64,000 nucleotides of DNA from an uncultured Gemmatimonadales bacterium (GCA_963850655.1 CAWKMI010000009.1:10043-74042); one strand, 5' to 3'. Shown: positions 29,497-39,476, counted from the first letter of the stretch. The notes: generated by a model from the sequence alone, not told the origin. Translations and numbers: made by a program.

Positions 29497-32103
29497 GTGG
29501 TGAAGCCGATCCGCGATCACATCCTGCCCCCCGATCCCGACGCCTTCCGGCGGGCGGAACGGCCGCGTGGTCGGATCATCGTGATTGCGCCCACTCGCGC
29601 GGCCTGCGAGACAATCGAACTTGCCCTGCACACGCACGTCGATACCGTTCTGGAGCGCAGTCACGGCGAAGAAATTCGTCGCTGGGCATCGGAGGGGCGG
29701 GCGTTCGGCATCGTCGCCGGGACCGGCACCGGCAAGACCCTGGGGATTCGTTTGATGGCCGAGGCGATCCTTCAGGCACCACTGGTCGTCGGCGTGGTCA
29801 ACCGGGAACGCGAGGCGACCGCCGAAACGCCGTCATGCAACGTCGTCGTGGTGACCACCGGCATTGCCCGCCGCTGGCTCACCGATGACTTGCTTGCCCC
29901 GGGCGACACGATCGTGGTCGATGAGATCCACCAGACGTCCGCCGAGCTCGAGCTCTGCCTGGCGCTCGGCCGCCGCCTCGGCTGTCGCTTCATCTGGCTC
30001 TCCGCGACCGTCGATCCGGCATTCTATCGCGACTACCTTCGCAGTGACGAGGTGCTCGAGACCTCGGCCTTCGATCCCGCGCGCAAGGCCCACGTCTCGG
30101 TGGTCGCCCGCAAGCCCGATGTCTTCCTCGATGAGCGCACCATGCGGCGCTTCATCAAGGAAGGTCGTGGCGTGGCGGTCTTCCTGCCGACCCGAGCCGA
30201 GGTGGAGCAACTCGGGCAGGGACTTGGGGAGCGCTATGCTCGGCTGGCGACCGCGTTCTATCACGGCGGGATGCCGATCCGGGTGATTCGTCCCTTCCTC
30301 GAAGGGGAGGTGAAAAAGCCCTACCTGCTGGCGATGACCGCTGCGGGGCAATCCGCGCTGAACCTGCCGGGGCTCGATACCGTCGTGATCTATGATGCCC
30401 GCTACAGCAACGTTGTCGAGCGGGGTCGCAACGTGCTGCATCGGCTCTATCTCGGCGCCAACGAGATCCTCCAGATGGCCGGGCGGGTGCATGGCCGGGT
30501 GCAGGATGGCGAGGTGGTCATCCTCTCCGACCGTGACCTCGACTTCGAATCCCTGACACCGCAGCCACCTGAGTTCCAGCTTGCCGGTGATGCCGAACGG
30601 GTGGCGCTGACCTGCGCGGCCATCGGCGTCGATGCGACGGGGCTCGACCTTCCGGTGCCGCTCGATCGCAACGCCTACCAGCGCGCGATGCGCAAGCTGA
30701 CGGAGCGCGGGCTCATCGAGGATGGTCGGCTCACCAGGTATGGTCGCGAGGTCGAGGCGCTGCCGGTCGAACGTCCCTGGGCGGAACTGCTGGTGCATGC
30801 CGACACTGCCCTGCTGCCGGTGGTCGCGGGCGCGAGCGGCATTGACTCGCTGCATCGGATGACACGGGAGGAGCGCGACCTGCGCGGCGTGGTCGTGCCC
30901 GGCAGTGATCATCTCACGACGTATGCGCTGCTGGCCGAGGCGATCAACGAATGCGGGACGGTCGGCGAAGTGCACGGATTGCGACGCCACGTCTTCGCCG
31001 AGGAGCAGCTGGCGCAATGGGCTGACCGACGTGGCGTCCTGGTGAAGGCAGTCGAGGACGGCGCCCTTGGGCTCGCCTCAGCCTACCGCGCGCTCGATGT
31101 CGAATTGCCGCAGCGGTTGCCAGCCGCCGATCGCGAACTGCGCACGAAATTTGTCGACCTGCTGGCGCAGGTGGAACCGTTCGACCTCGCCATCAATGGT
31201 CTGACCGCCGATCGTCAGGAGGTCCGCATCTCGAAGACTTCCGTGGCGCAGGACTGGGGAGCAGTGGCGGGCAACCTCCGATACTTCGCCGATCGCTCCG
31301 GCGTGGCGCGGGCCAGCATTGAGGGCACTACCATCCCGCTCGACCTGGTCAGGCGCTATGCGGCCTGGGGTCCAGCGACCATCGTCCTTGCCGGGTATCG
31401 CCAGCGGCAAGGGCTCTCGATCTCGCGCCGGCTGCACTATTTCGGATTCGAGCTCGAGACGAAACTGGATCGGGTCGAAGGCGAGATCCCGGAAGGCCTC
31501 CGCCCTGCAGCGCGCGAGTTGCTGGTCGATGCGGTGCTGGGCGAGGAGATCGAGCATCCTTCGCGGACCCGACTGGGCCGGGCCATCTCTCGACTCGACG
31601 AGTATTGGCGCCGGTCTGGCGGCGCGTTGGTCGCGCTCGACCCGCTTGCGCTGCGGGCGATGATGCGTGCCCAGGTCGAGGATGTGGCGTCGTGGGAAGA
31701 CTTTCAGCGCACGCCGCTGCTGCTCGATGTCGACGCGCTGGTGCCCGGCGCCGAGCGCGCTCACCTCGATGCGTTGCCGTCGAGCGTCCGCATCCACGGC
31801 GACGTGGTGCCGCTCGAATATGCGGTGCGTGATCGCCAGCCGGTGGTTCGGCTGATGCTGCGCGAGGGCCAGGCCCGGCGGCTGCGACTCGGCGACCTGC
31901 CCGAGCTGGACCGGCCCGTGGTCTTTGCGGTTCGCCGGGAAGGGACGGTGCTGAGCGCCGATTCCATCGCGGCGCTGCGCGAGCAGCTGGATCGGGCAAG
32001 CACCCGGAAGGCAGAGCGCCGGGGAAAGCGACCGGGCCGGAATGATCGCGACGATCGAGACCGGCCACGGCCCCGTGGCAGCGGTCGTGGCAAGCGGCGC
32101 TAG
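29497..32103 (+). CDS. DEAH/HrpA-like ATP-dependent helicase with a basic Arg/Asp/Gly-rich tail
   Basis: 868-aa ORF with AGTGTGKT (motif I), VVDEIHQ (DEIH, motif II), SAT (motif III), QMAGRVHG (motif VI), and tail RKAERRGKRPGRNDRDDRDRPRPRGSGRGKRR. Confidence 0.8.
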   Translation: MVKPIRDHILPPDPDAFRRAERPRGRIIVIAPTRAACETIELALHTHVDTVLERSHGEEIRRWASEGRAFGIVAGTGTGKTLGIRLMAEAILQAPLVVGVVNREREATAETPSCNVVVVTTGIARRWLTDDLLAPGDTIVVDEIHQTSAELELCLALGRRLGCRFIWLSATVDPAFYRDYLRSDEVLETSAFDPARKAHVSVVARKPDVFLDERTMRRFIKEGRGVAVFLPTRAEVEQLGQGLGERYARLATAFYHGGMPIRVIRPFLEGEVKKPYLLAMTAAGQSALNLPGLDTVVIYDARYSNVVERGRNVLHRLYLGANEILQMAGRVHGRVQDGEVVILSDRDLDFESLTPQPPEFQLAGDAERVALTCAAIGVDATGLDLPVPLDRNAYQRAMRKLTERGLIEDGRLTRYGREVEALPVERPWAELLVHADTALLPVVAGASGIDSLHRMTREERDLRGVVVPGSDHLTTYALLAEAINECGTVGEVHGLRRHVFAEEQLAQWADRRGVLVKAVEDGALGLASAYRALDVELPQRLPAADRELRTKFVDLLAQVEPFDLAINGLTADRQEVRISKTSVAQDWGAVAGNLRYFADRSGVARASIEGTTIPLDLVRRYAAWGPATIVLAGYRQRQGLSISRRLHYFGFELETKLDRVEGEIPEGLRPAARELLVDAVLGEEIEHPSRTRLGRAISRLDEYWRRSGGALVALDPLALRAMMRAQVEDVASWEDFQRTPLLLDVDALVPGAERAHLDALPSSVRIHGDVVPLEYAVRDRQPVVRLMLREGQARRLRLGDLPELDRPVVFAVRREGTVLSADSIAALREQLDRASTRKAERRGKRPGRNDRDDRDRPRPRGSGRGKRR

Positions 32104-34220
32104 CGGCGCTCCCTCGGCCGGCTCCCCCCAGGTTGGGATGGAGTGCCGGGTTCTTCTTCCAGTCGTCGCAAGGCCAAACCCACCTTGGTGAGCGCATCGC
32201 GGTGGGACAGGAGAAGGCGCCCCATCGCGGCTCGCTCGGAGAGGAAGCGCTCCAGTGTGGCCGACAGGTGCTGGTCGCGTGCCGATCGCCGCTTGGCGAC
32301 GGTGTTGGCCTCATCGACGGCTGGCCGCAGTGAATGGGCGGCAACTTCGAGCATCGTGGCGGTTTCGGCCAGCCGCCGTGAGCCTTCCTCGCTGATTTCG
32401 GCTTCATGGATCGCCGCTTCCAGGGTGCCGCGCACTTCAGCGATCGTCGAGAACAGGCGGGCGATCTCCTCGGTGAGTGCCGCCGTTTCGGTGCTGATCG
32501 CCGTCGACGTTCCGGCCGTCGTGTCGGCGAGTCGGCCAATTTCGGTGGCCAGCACCCCGAACGTCTTCCCGGCAGTGCCGGCACGGGTCGCCTCCAGCGC
32601 GGCGTTGTTCGCGAGCAGGTGAGTGCGGAACGCCACGCCGCTGACGGTTGCGTTGTTGGCGGCGATCTCGTCGCTTCGCTGGATCACGCGGCCGAGTTCG
32701 GCGTTCATCGCACTGATGGCATCGAGCGCCCGGGCGATCGCGTCACTGGCCGTTCGCGTGTGCGTTCGCACGTCGGTTGCCACCGACTCGAGCGCTTCGC
32801 CCTGTTGCGAGACATTCCTGATCCCCTCGCCCAGCTGCGAAAGCACCGCGCGCGCGTCGACGGTCGGCGGAACAGCCATGACATCGTCCGAGATGCGCGA
32901 GGGCAGGGCGCTCGCCGCCTCCGTCAGGCCATCGGCGGCCTGTGCAGCCCGCTGCCGCATCGTCGCCGTGCGCTGGTCATGGTTGAGGTCCCGCCATCTG
33001 GTCCGGATGACCGGTCCCATCGGGAGGAGGAACGCCATCAGCCAATCGCGCTCATGCTCGGTGAATGCGTTCGCGAACCGGCCTTCGATGAGCACGTCGC
33101 CCAACGGATCGCCGCTCCGGCCAATCGGGGCTACCATCGTGCGACCGTCGTCGACCAGTTCCGCTTCGGCCGCGATCCGGCCGGCCAGAGGTGGCGACTT
33201 GATGATTCCGGCCACGACCACCACCGGCGGGTTCGTCAATCGCACCGACACACCTTGGGCTTCCAGGGTCTCGAGCAGGGCCTCGGCAAAGTCCCGCAGT
33301 CCGCTGACCAGCTCCGGGGCGTCAAGGACCTGTTGCGCGATCCGGTATGCCGCGAGATCGCGCGTCATCGGGTCATGAAAGGGGACCGCCAGGATCCCGG
33401 CGAGCCCCAGGATCGGCAGCGCAACGAGTGCAAGGTGTGAGGTGGCGACGTTGCTGGGGCCGCCGATGTCGATGCCGGGGAAGAACGTCGCCGCGACAAT
33501 CGGTGTTACCCCCAGCACGACCGCGCCCAGGGCCCACGCGATCGACCGACGGCGCGAGCGGCGTTGCTCCTCCGAGGCGAGGGCGAGAACCAGCACCAGG
33601 ACTGCCGCCAGCAGCCCGGCCGGTTCCAGCAGCCTGGCACGGAATGTCTCGTCAATCGCCAGGAGCAGCGGCCGTTCGTCGGTGAAGAGGCCGCCGATCG
33701 CCGCCAGCAGCAGGCCGGCATGGAGCAGATACCAGGCCGCGACCAGTGCCGCCCAACTGCTGACCCGGTGGGGCCAGCCCATGGTGAACGCGAAGTGAAC
33801 CACCAGTGGGGTCAGTGCGTATCGCCATGGGGCCACGAGCAGAAAGCCCCAGAGGGTATCCTGGGCAGCCCGTCGATCGAGCGGAGCCAAGGCCACCAAC
33901 ACCGAGACGGCCGCGGCTGTGGCGACTAACTGTGGAATTGACAACGACTTGGGCGATAGGACGAAGGCGATGATCCCGGCGACGCCCGCCAGCGTGGCGA
34001 GCACGGTCAGGATCGGTGCCGCCGTGATGGAAACTGTATCGCCTGTCAGACGGGGATCGAGCAGGTATCCGGCCAATCCGCACACGGCGGCCCAAGCCAG
34101 GATGACCACCCCGGCTGTGCGGGATCGTCTCAAGAGGGGGGTGACGACGTCATACGACAGGGAATCAGGCATGAATGGACGAGGAATATGCCCACTCCGG
34201 CCTTCCGGCGATACACCCAA
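32100..34220 (-). CDS. Polytopic membrane sensor with a GAF-like region and a C-terminal methyl-accepting-chemotaxis-type signalling domain
   Basis: 706-aa ORF. About 8 N-terminal hydrophobic helices. The C-terminal FRTHLLANNAALEATRAGTAGKTFGVLATEIGRLAD matches the conserved MCP hairpin-tip motif. No HAMP domain recognised. Confidence 0.7.
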   Translation of the reverse strand: MGVSPEGRSGHIPRPFMPDSLSYDVVTPLLRRSRTAGVVILAWAAVCGLAGYLLDPRLTGDTVSITAAPILTVLATLAGVAGIIAFVLSPKSLSIPQLVATAAAVSVLVALAPLDRRAAQDTLWGFLLVAPWRYALTPLVVHFAFTMGWPHRVSSWAALVAAWYLLHAGLLLAAIGGLFTDERPLLLAIDETFRARLLEPAGLLAAVLVLVLALASEEQRRSRRRSIAWALGAVVLGVTPIVAATFFPGIDIGGPSNVATSHLALVALPILGLAGILAVPFHDPMTRDLAAYRIAQQVLDAPELVSGLRDFAEALLETLEAQGVSVRLTNPPVVVVAGIIKSPPLAGRIAAEAELVDDGRTMVAPIGRSGDPLGDVLIEGRFANAFTEHERDWLMAFLLPMGPVIRTRWRDLNHDQRTATMRQRAAQAADGLTEAASALPSRISDDVMAVPPTVDARAVLSQLGEGIRNVSQQGEALESVATDVRTHTRTASDAIARALDAISAMNAELGRVIQRSDEIAANNATVSGVAFRTHLLANNAALEATRAGTAGKTFGVLATEIGRLADTTAGTSTAISTETAALTEEIARLFSTIAEVRGTLEAAIHEAEISEEGSRRLAETATMLEVAAHSLRPAVDEANTVAKRRSARDQHLSATLERFLSERAAMGRLLLSHRDALTKVGLALRRLEEEPGTPSQPGGSRPRERR

Positions 34221-34268
34221 GGCGTCACCTTTTGAAACCGCAACCCTCTATCCGGCGTATTCTCAACC

Positions 34269-34739
34269 ATGACCCAGCCGATGCCCACCGTTTCGTTCCC
34301 ATCGGTCTTCTCGCCTTTGGCCAAGGCCCTCCTCGACGAGTTCCACGAGGGAGTCGTGGTCTTCGATCCGCAGGGCCGCGTCATCTATCTGAATTCGGCC
34401 GCTCGCGCCGTGCTCACCGAGGTTGAGCTCGACGCGACGGGCGAAAAGGACGACCTGCTCCCCGAACTCGCCGGGCTTGGGGGCCGCCTCGCTGCGCTCA
34501 GGGTTGCCGGGCTGGACCTGGGCGAGGCGATTTTCATCCCTCGGCGAGAGGGACCGACGACCTTGGCCGCGCGGGAGAAGGACGCCATCGTCCGCTCGCT
34601 CGAGGCCCACGCGTGGCGGCTTGCCGATACCGCCAAGACGCTTGGCATTTCGCGCACCACGCTCTGGCGTCGCCTCCGCGCCTATGGCTTGCACCGCGAC
34701 GGTCGGACCAAATGGGACCAGCACTCTCCCACCTCCTGA
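34269..34739 (+). CDS. Small PAS-like / Fis-type HTH DNA-binding protein
   Basis: 156-aa ORF. The C-terminal EKDAIVRSLEAHAWRLADTAKTLGISRTTLWRRLRAYG is a Fis-family HTH. There is no AAA+ domain. Confidence 0.7.
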   Translation: MTQPMPTVSFPSVFSPLAKALLDEFHEGVVVFDPQGRVIYLNSAARAVLTEVELDATGEKDDLLPELAGLGGRLAALRVAGLDLGEAIFIPRREGPTTLAAREKDAIVRSLEAHAWRLADTAKTLGISRTTLWRRLRAYGLHRDGRTKWDQHSPTS

Positions 34740-36946
34740 CGCTTTCAGCGCTCCTCGCCGGGGCGCCCGCTTCCGACACCACCACCTATGCCGACCGAGC
34801 CACCAGGGAACTGGTGGCTCGCGCGATGCGGCGACACCAGGCCCAGGATTCGACCGTCCGTGACTACCAGGCGAAGCTGCGCTATCGCGTGTCGTTCGGG
34901 TTCGGCAAGCGCAAGTGGGCCAACGTCCCCTCAGTGGCCGTCGAGGAACTCGAGGCCCGGGTGGCGTGGCAGCTCCCCAATGACCTGCGCCTCGATATCG
35001 TCGGCCGTCGCAGCGCGACGAAACTCGAGGACGCCAACATCACGTCGGGGTTCTCGCGGCCCTGGTTTGTTCCCCGGACCCTCGGCGATTCCATTCGCCT
35101 GCTGGATGAGTCCGGTGGTGCCCGTGCCGCACCACATCCGCTCGCGCCCGGGGCCGACCAGTGGTACCGCTACGCTGCGGGCGATTCGGTGGTGATCGCC
35201 AGCGCCGGGCATCGGGTGACCATCCGCAGTGTGACGGTGACGCCGAAGCAGAACGGTCCGTCGTACGTTGCCGGCAAGCTCTGGCTCGATGTCGAGACCG
35301 GTGACCTCGCTCGCTTCACCTTCCGGCTGGTGGGGACCGAGGTCTGGAGTGTTCCGGATGCGCCGACCCACGCCGACAGCGTGACGGCTCGGCGCGAGAA
35401 TTCACTGGTCTCGCGCATTCTGGAGATCAACGCGGATCTGGAGTACGCCCTGCAGGACAACACGTACTGGATGCCCTATCGCCAGATGCTCGCCGGCAAG
35501 GTGAGCGTCCCGCTCGGTGTCAACATCGTGGTGCCGTTCGAGGCGATCACCACGTTCGATGACTACAGCATCAATACGGGATCGCGCATCACCTTCACCG
35601 CCCGGTTTCCCGACTCGACGAGATCATCGCGTGCTGGAGGCTCCCGCGTGATGGTCGGTGGCGGCAACCGTCGTCCCCCGACGCCGCCACCTGCCGCGCG
35701 CGATTCCATGGTGCAGCGCGACTCCTCCGTCCGCGCGCCCTATGGGCGGCGCAGGCGCGATCGAACCGGGTACCTCCCCAACGGGGGCCGGTTCCAGATT
35801 CATCGTGCGCCGGCCGATTCACTCCAGGCCTACGCCGATTGGGGCGATTCCCTGGTCTTCGATGACAATCCGGCGGATCGCCAGCGCATCCGTGATGCCG
35901 GTGCCGATCTGGCCCGATTGGCCGAGAGCCTTCCCGGTGACATGACCGGCCGCTCCTACAAGGGAATTTCCTGGGAGAAGTTTGGCGAGGTGCTGCGCTA
36001 CAACCGGGTCGAGGGCACGACGCTGTCGATGACGGGGCAGTTGCCGGCGCCACTCTCCTTTACCGATTTCTACGGGACCGGCCGTATCGGCCTGGGCGAC
36101 GGCCGCGTGCTCGCGCGTGTTGCCGCGGTGCGCGATGCGCCAGGTGGACGAACAACGCTTGCCGTGCAGCGCGACCTGGTCGATGTCGATCCCTACGCCC
36201 ACGGGCTGAATTTCGGCAACTCCTTGCGCGGGATCTTCGCGGGCCACGACGATGGTGCCTACCTGCTGGCGCAGGGTGCCCGGCTCGATTTCGAATCTTC
36301 GTGGGGTCTCGGCAACGAGTTCACGCTCGGCGTCCGCGCCGAGGACCACCAGAGTGTGGGCAACTCGGCACGAACGGCCATTCCACGGTTGTTCGGGACC
36401 AGCGGCTACTTCCCGCGGAATGATCCCGTTCGCGAGGGTTTCGCCCTGGGCGGCCTGGCGCGGCTGGATCACACCGGATCGTCGTTGCGCTGGTCGCTGC
36501 AGGGAGATGGCCTGGCCGTCGCAGGACGAGCGGCGGCTCGGCTCGCCGGCGAGCTCCGGTTGCCGAAACTTGCCGGTGGCTGGCTGACGGCGAGCATCAA
36601 GGGCGGTCTCGCCTCGGGCGTCGATTCCGTCCCGCAATTGCTGCTCCGGGCCGGCGGAAGCAACACCGTCCGCGGCTACGATTTCGGCGTGACGCAGGGC
36701 GATGCGCTGTGGTCGGCGCAGTTCGACCTCGGCCGCCCCGGCAAGGGTGCCGTGAAGAAGGTGTTCTTCGTCGATGCTGGTCAGGCCGGGAACCGGGCTA
36801 GCTTCGGGGATGCCCTTTTCCTCTCAGGTGCTGGCGCCGGCCTCTCGCTGTTTGGCGGTTTCATGCGTGCCGAGCTGAGTCATCCGCTGACCCATCGTGA
36901 AGGACGCGGAGTGCGCTTCGACCTGGTCTTCGGCGCGCCGCGATGA
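34712..36946 (+). CDS. Omp85/surface-antigen (D15)-like outer-membrane protein
   Basis: Start moved to ATG 34712 (signal peptide MGPALSHLLTLSALLAGAPA). C-terminal beta-barrel motifs GGSNTVRGYDFG and AGAGLSLFGGFMRAELSHPL...RFDLVFG. Confidence 0.65.
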   Translation: MGPALSHLLTLSALLAGAPASDTTTYADRATRELVARAMRRHQAQDSTVRDYQAKLRYRVSFGFGKRKWANVPSVAVEELEARVAWQLPNDLRLDIVGRRSATKLEDANITSGFSRPWFVPRTLGDSIRLLDESGGARAAPHPLAPGADQWYRYAAGDSVVIASAGHRVTIRSVTVTPKQNGPSYVAGKLWLDVETGDLARFTFRLVGTEVWSVPDAPTHADSVTARRENSLVSRILEINADLEYALQDNTYWMPYRQMLAGKVSVPLGVNIVVPFEAITTFDDYSINTGSRITFTARFPDSTRSSRAGGSRVMVGGGNRRPPTPPPAARDSMVQRDSSVRAPYGRRRRDRTGYLPNGGRFQIHRAPADSLQAYADWGDSLVFDDNPADRQRIRDAGADLARLAESLPGDMTGRSYKGISWEKFGEVLRYNRVEGTTLSMTGQLPAPLSFTDFYGTGRIGLGDGRVLARVAAVRDAPGGRTTLAVQRDLVDVDPYAHGLNFGNSLRGIFAGHDDGAYLLAQGARLDFESSWGLGNEFTLGVRAEDHQSVGNSARTAIPRLFGTSGYFPRNDPVREGFALGGLARLDHTGSSLRWSLQGDGLAVAGRAAARLAGELRLPKLAGGWLTASIKGGLASGVDSVPQLLLRAGGSNTVRGYDFGVTQGDALWSAQFDLGRPGKGAVKKVFFVDAGQAGNRASFGDALFLSGAGAGLSLFGGFMRAELSHPLTHREGRGVRFDLVFGAPR

Positions 36947-37479
36947 CTCGACGCGTCACAGCCATCGGCCTGCTCGTGGTCGCCGCCGCGATGGTGGTCT
37001 TCGTCCTGTCGCGCCGGGCAGGACAGGGTGGAGCCCTACCGAAGCCGGGGATGATCGTGCTGGAACTCGCGGGACCCCATCCTGCCACCATGACGCTCCC
37101 GGCCACCGTCAACTGGTGCCCCGTCTCCCGCGTGGCCGAGCTCGAGGCGATCTCGGTCGACACCGGTTTTGCCATCGCCCTTCGCGAGAATGAGGCCATG
37201 ACAAAGGGCCCTCACCCGGTCTTCGCGCCGACCGCGACCATAGCGCTGCCAAGGCCGAGCGCTGCAGCCGCGTTGCGGTGGTTGCGCACGGTGGATACCA
37301 CGGTGACGGTGGCCGCGTACAGCGCGACCGGTGGTCATGTCGATCTCGACGAAGCCGGGGCCACCCTCTCAGGATCCCTGCTGCTCTACATGCGAGCCGC
37401 TGCCGGCACCGACTCGGTGGTGGTCACGGGCCGCTTCGCGCGGCTGAAAGTGGTCGCGATGGCCGCGGGATGTACCTGA
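36943..37479 (+). CDS. Membrane-anchored hypothetical protein
   Basis: 178-aa ORF. ATGA overlap with the upstream gene. N-terminal TM segment AIGLLVVAAAMVVFVL. Confidence 0.55.
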   Translation: MTRRVTAIGLLVVAAAMVVFVLSRRAGQGGALPKPGMIVLELAGPHPATMTLPATVNWCPVSRVAELEAISVDTGFAIALRENEAMTKGPHPVFAPTATIALPRPSAAAALRWLRTVDTTVTVAAYSATGGHVDLDEAGATLSGSLLLYMRAAAGTDSVVVTGRFARLKVVAMAAGCT

Positions 37480-38684
37480 TGGAACCGACCTACTTTCGTC
37501 GGGGATTCGGCCTCAAGCCCGAGATCGAGGGCCAGCTCTCGGCGGACTATCACAGCACGGTGGTCGACGCCCTGCGAGCCAGCGGCAACCAGCTGGTCGC
37601 GGGAGGACTGACCTTTCGGCTCGCCAAGGAGTTCGGGTTCTGTTACGGCGTCGATCGGGCCGTCGATTATGCCTACGAGACGCGCCGCAAGTTCCCCGAC
37701 CGGCGGATCTTTCTTGTCGGCGAGATCATCCACAACCCGCATGTCAACGCAAAGCTTGCGGCCATGGGCATCATCTTCCTGCATCGCTCGACCGATGCCG
37801 AGTTTGACTTCGCCGGGATCACGGCAGGCGACGTCGTGCTGATTCCGGCATTTGGCGTGACCATGAGGGACTTCGAGCGGTTGCGTGCCATCAATTGCAT
37901 CCTGGTCGACACCACCTGCGGTTCGGTGCTGAACGTCTGGAAGCGGGTCGAGAGCTACGCGCGCGATGGCTTCACGTCGGTCATCCACGGCAAGCACTAT
38001 CACGAAGAGACCAAGGCGACTGCGAGCCAGGTGGAACGTCACCCGGGCGGGAAGTATCTCGTCGTGTTCGACATGACCGAAGCCGCACTCGTCTGCGAGT
38101 GGATCGAGGGGCGCGGCGACGCCGAGGAGCTGGCCCGGCGATTCGGAAAGGCCGCCTCGCCGGGCTTTGACTTCACCTCGGACCTGGCGAAGGTCGGCGT
38201 GGCCAACCAGACCACGATGCTGTCAGGGGAGTCGCTGGCGATCGCCGAAAGGCTGCGCTCGTCCCTGGCGCGCCGCTACGGTGAGGACCGGTTGGCCGAC
38301 CACTTCCGCTCCTTCGACACCATCTGTTCGGCCACCCAGGAACGGCAGGACGCAGTGGACGCCCTCCTGGCAAATCCACCCGACCTGATGCTGGTGATCG
38401 GCGGCTATAACTCGTCGAACACCTGCGCGCTTGCCGCCCTGGCAGAGGGGAAGGGGGTGCGGACCTACCACATCGAGGACGCTTCCGGCATCGATCCGGT
38501 GGCCGGGACCATCCGCTTTCAGCCGGTACGGACGAAATCAGAGCGGGTGGAAAGCGCCTGGCTCCCCGTTCCGGGTGTCATTGGCCTCACTGCTGGCGCC
38601 TCTACCCCAAACAACAAGATCGGCGAAACGGTTGTCCGTACGTGCGAAACGGCTGGTATTTCGCTCGAAAAGGCCATTTCTTGA
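37479..38684 (+). CDS. ispH: 4-hydroxy-3-methylbut-2-enyl diphosphate reductase (long form)
   Basis: FGFCYGVDRAVDYA, EIIHNPHVN, DTTCGSV, HGKHYHEET and VANQTT motifs. Start at ATG 37479 (TGATG with the upstream stop) or ATG 37470. Confidence 0.85.
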   Translation: MEPTYFRRGFGLKPEIEGQLSADYHSTVVDALRASGNQLVAGGLTFRLAKEFGFCYGVDRAVDYAYETRRKFPDRRIFLVGEIIHNPHVNAKLAAMGIIFLHRSTDAEFDFAGITAGDVVLIPAFGVTMRDFERLRAINCILVDTTCGSVLNVWKRVESYARDGFTSVIHGKHYHEETKATASQVERHPGGKYLVVFDMTEAALVCEWIEGRGDAEELARRFGKAASPGFDFTSDLAKVGVANQTTMLSGESLAIAERLRSSLARRYGEDRLADHFRSFDTICSATQERQDAVDALLANPPDLMLVIGGYNSSNTCALAALAEGKGVRTYHIEDASGIDPVAGTIRFQPVRTKSERVESAWLPVPGVIGLTAGASTPNNKIGETVVRTCETAGISLEKAIS

Positions 38685-38728
38685 GCTGAGTTTGGAAACG
38701 ACCATTCGGGGGAATATTCAGTCCTTGA

Positions 38729-38758
38729 TAATAAAGTAGGCTAATGCCTACTTTATTA
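38729..38758. promoter_or_regulatory. AT-rich perfect palindrome TAATAAAGTAGGC-TAAT-GCCTACTTTATTA: ispH terminator and/or operator plus leaderless promoter of the next gene
   Basis: 13-nt perfect arms. The core GUAGGC-UAAU-GCCUAC is followed by UUUAUU. It ends 1 nt before ATG 38760. TTGATA (38725-30), an 18-nt spacer, TACTTT (38749-54), then 5 nt to the ATG. Confidence 0.55.
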
Positions 38759-38759
38759 A

Positions 38760-39431
38760 ATGCCGAAGACCACGCCGTCCGCCACGCTTCATGAGCCCCT
38801 CTCTGCCATCCTTGGCACTCGCTCAAAGATCACGGTGCTCCGGATCCTCGGGCGCGCTGTCACGCCGCTTTCCGTGCGAGAGGTCGCCCGCCGTTCCGAG
38901 ATGGCCTACCGCAGCATCGATCTCGCGCTTGCCGAGCTGATCGCCACGGGCGTGGTCGAAGATCTGGCGGGAGGCCGGGAGCGCCAGGTCCGGTTGTGCA
39001 GCGGGCATCGGCTCGCGGCGGTCGTCGCCGGTTTGCTGCGGGCCGAGGCTGACTTCTTTCCCTCCCTGCGAGCCGAACTCAGGGCGGTCGCAGCAGGGGG
39101 TGGCAAGGACGGGCTGCTCGCGCTGGCCATCGTGGGTGGCACCGCCCGCCGGGAAGAACGGCTGGGCGAAGCGGTGAAGGTGGTTCTCGTGGCTTCGGAT
39201 CCGGCGGCCGTTACCCGCTGGCAGGAGCGCTTCGAATCGGCGGCGGAGCTGCTTGCCAACCGATTCGGGGTGGCCTTCCAGTTCGACGGCCATGACCGGG
39301 CCGGCCTTGGCGAGTTGTGGCATGGCCGGTCCGCCGCAGTCGTCGCGATGGTCGAGCGGGCGGAGCTCCTGGTTGGGGCACCGCTGCTCGAATTGGTGGA
39401 AGGGCAGTACCGGCAGGGAGTTGAGTCGTAA
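38760..39431 (+). CDS. Winged-helix (MarR/ArsR-like) DNA-binding protein with an unknown C-terminal domain
   Basis: 223-aa ORF with KITVLRILGRAVTPLSVREVARRSEMAYRSIDLALAELIATGVVE. No Shine-Dalgarno sequence. Confidence 0.6.
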   Translation: MPKTTPSATLHEPLSAILGTRSKITVLRILGRAVTPLSVREVARRSEMAYRSIDLALAELIATGVVEDLAGGRERQVRLCSGHRLAAVVAGLLRAEADFFPSLRAELRAVAAGGGKDGLLALAIVGGTARREERLGEAVKVVLVASDPAAVTRWQERFESAAELLANRFGVAFQFDGHDRAGLGELWHGRSAAVVAMVERAELLVGAPLLELVEGQYRQGVES

Positions 39432-39476
39432 TGTTGACAATGGTGACTTTATGTACACACTGTTATCTTTCCCGTT

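Noticed and set aside
34613-34711. N-terminal extension of the Omp85-like ORF (start 34613)
   Set aside because: The extension overlaps the Fis-HTH gene and lacks a signal peptide. ATG 34712 yields a canonical signal sequence.
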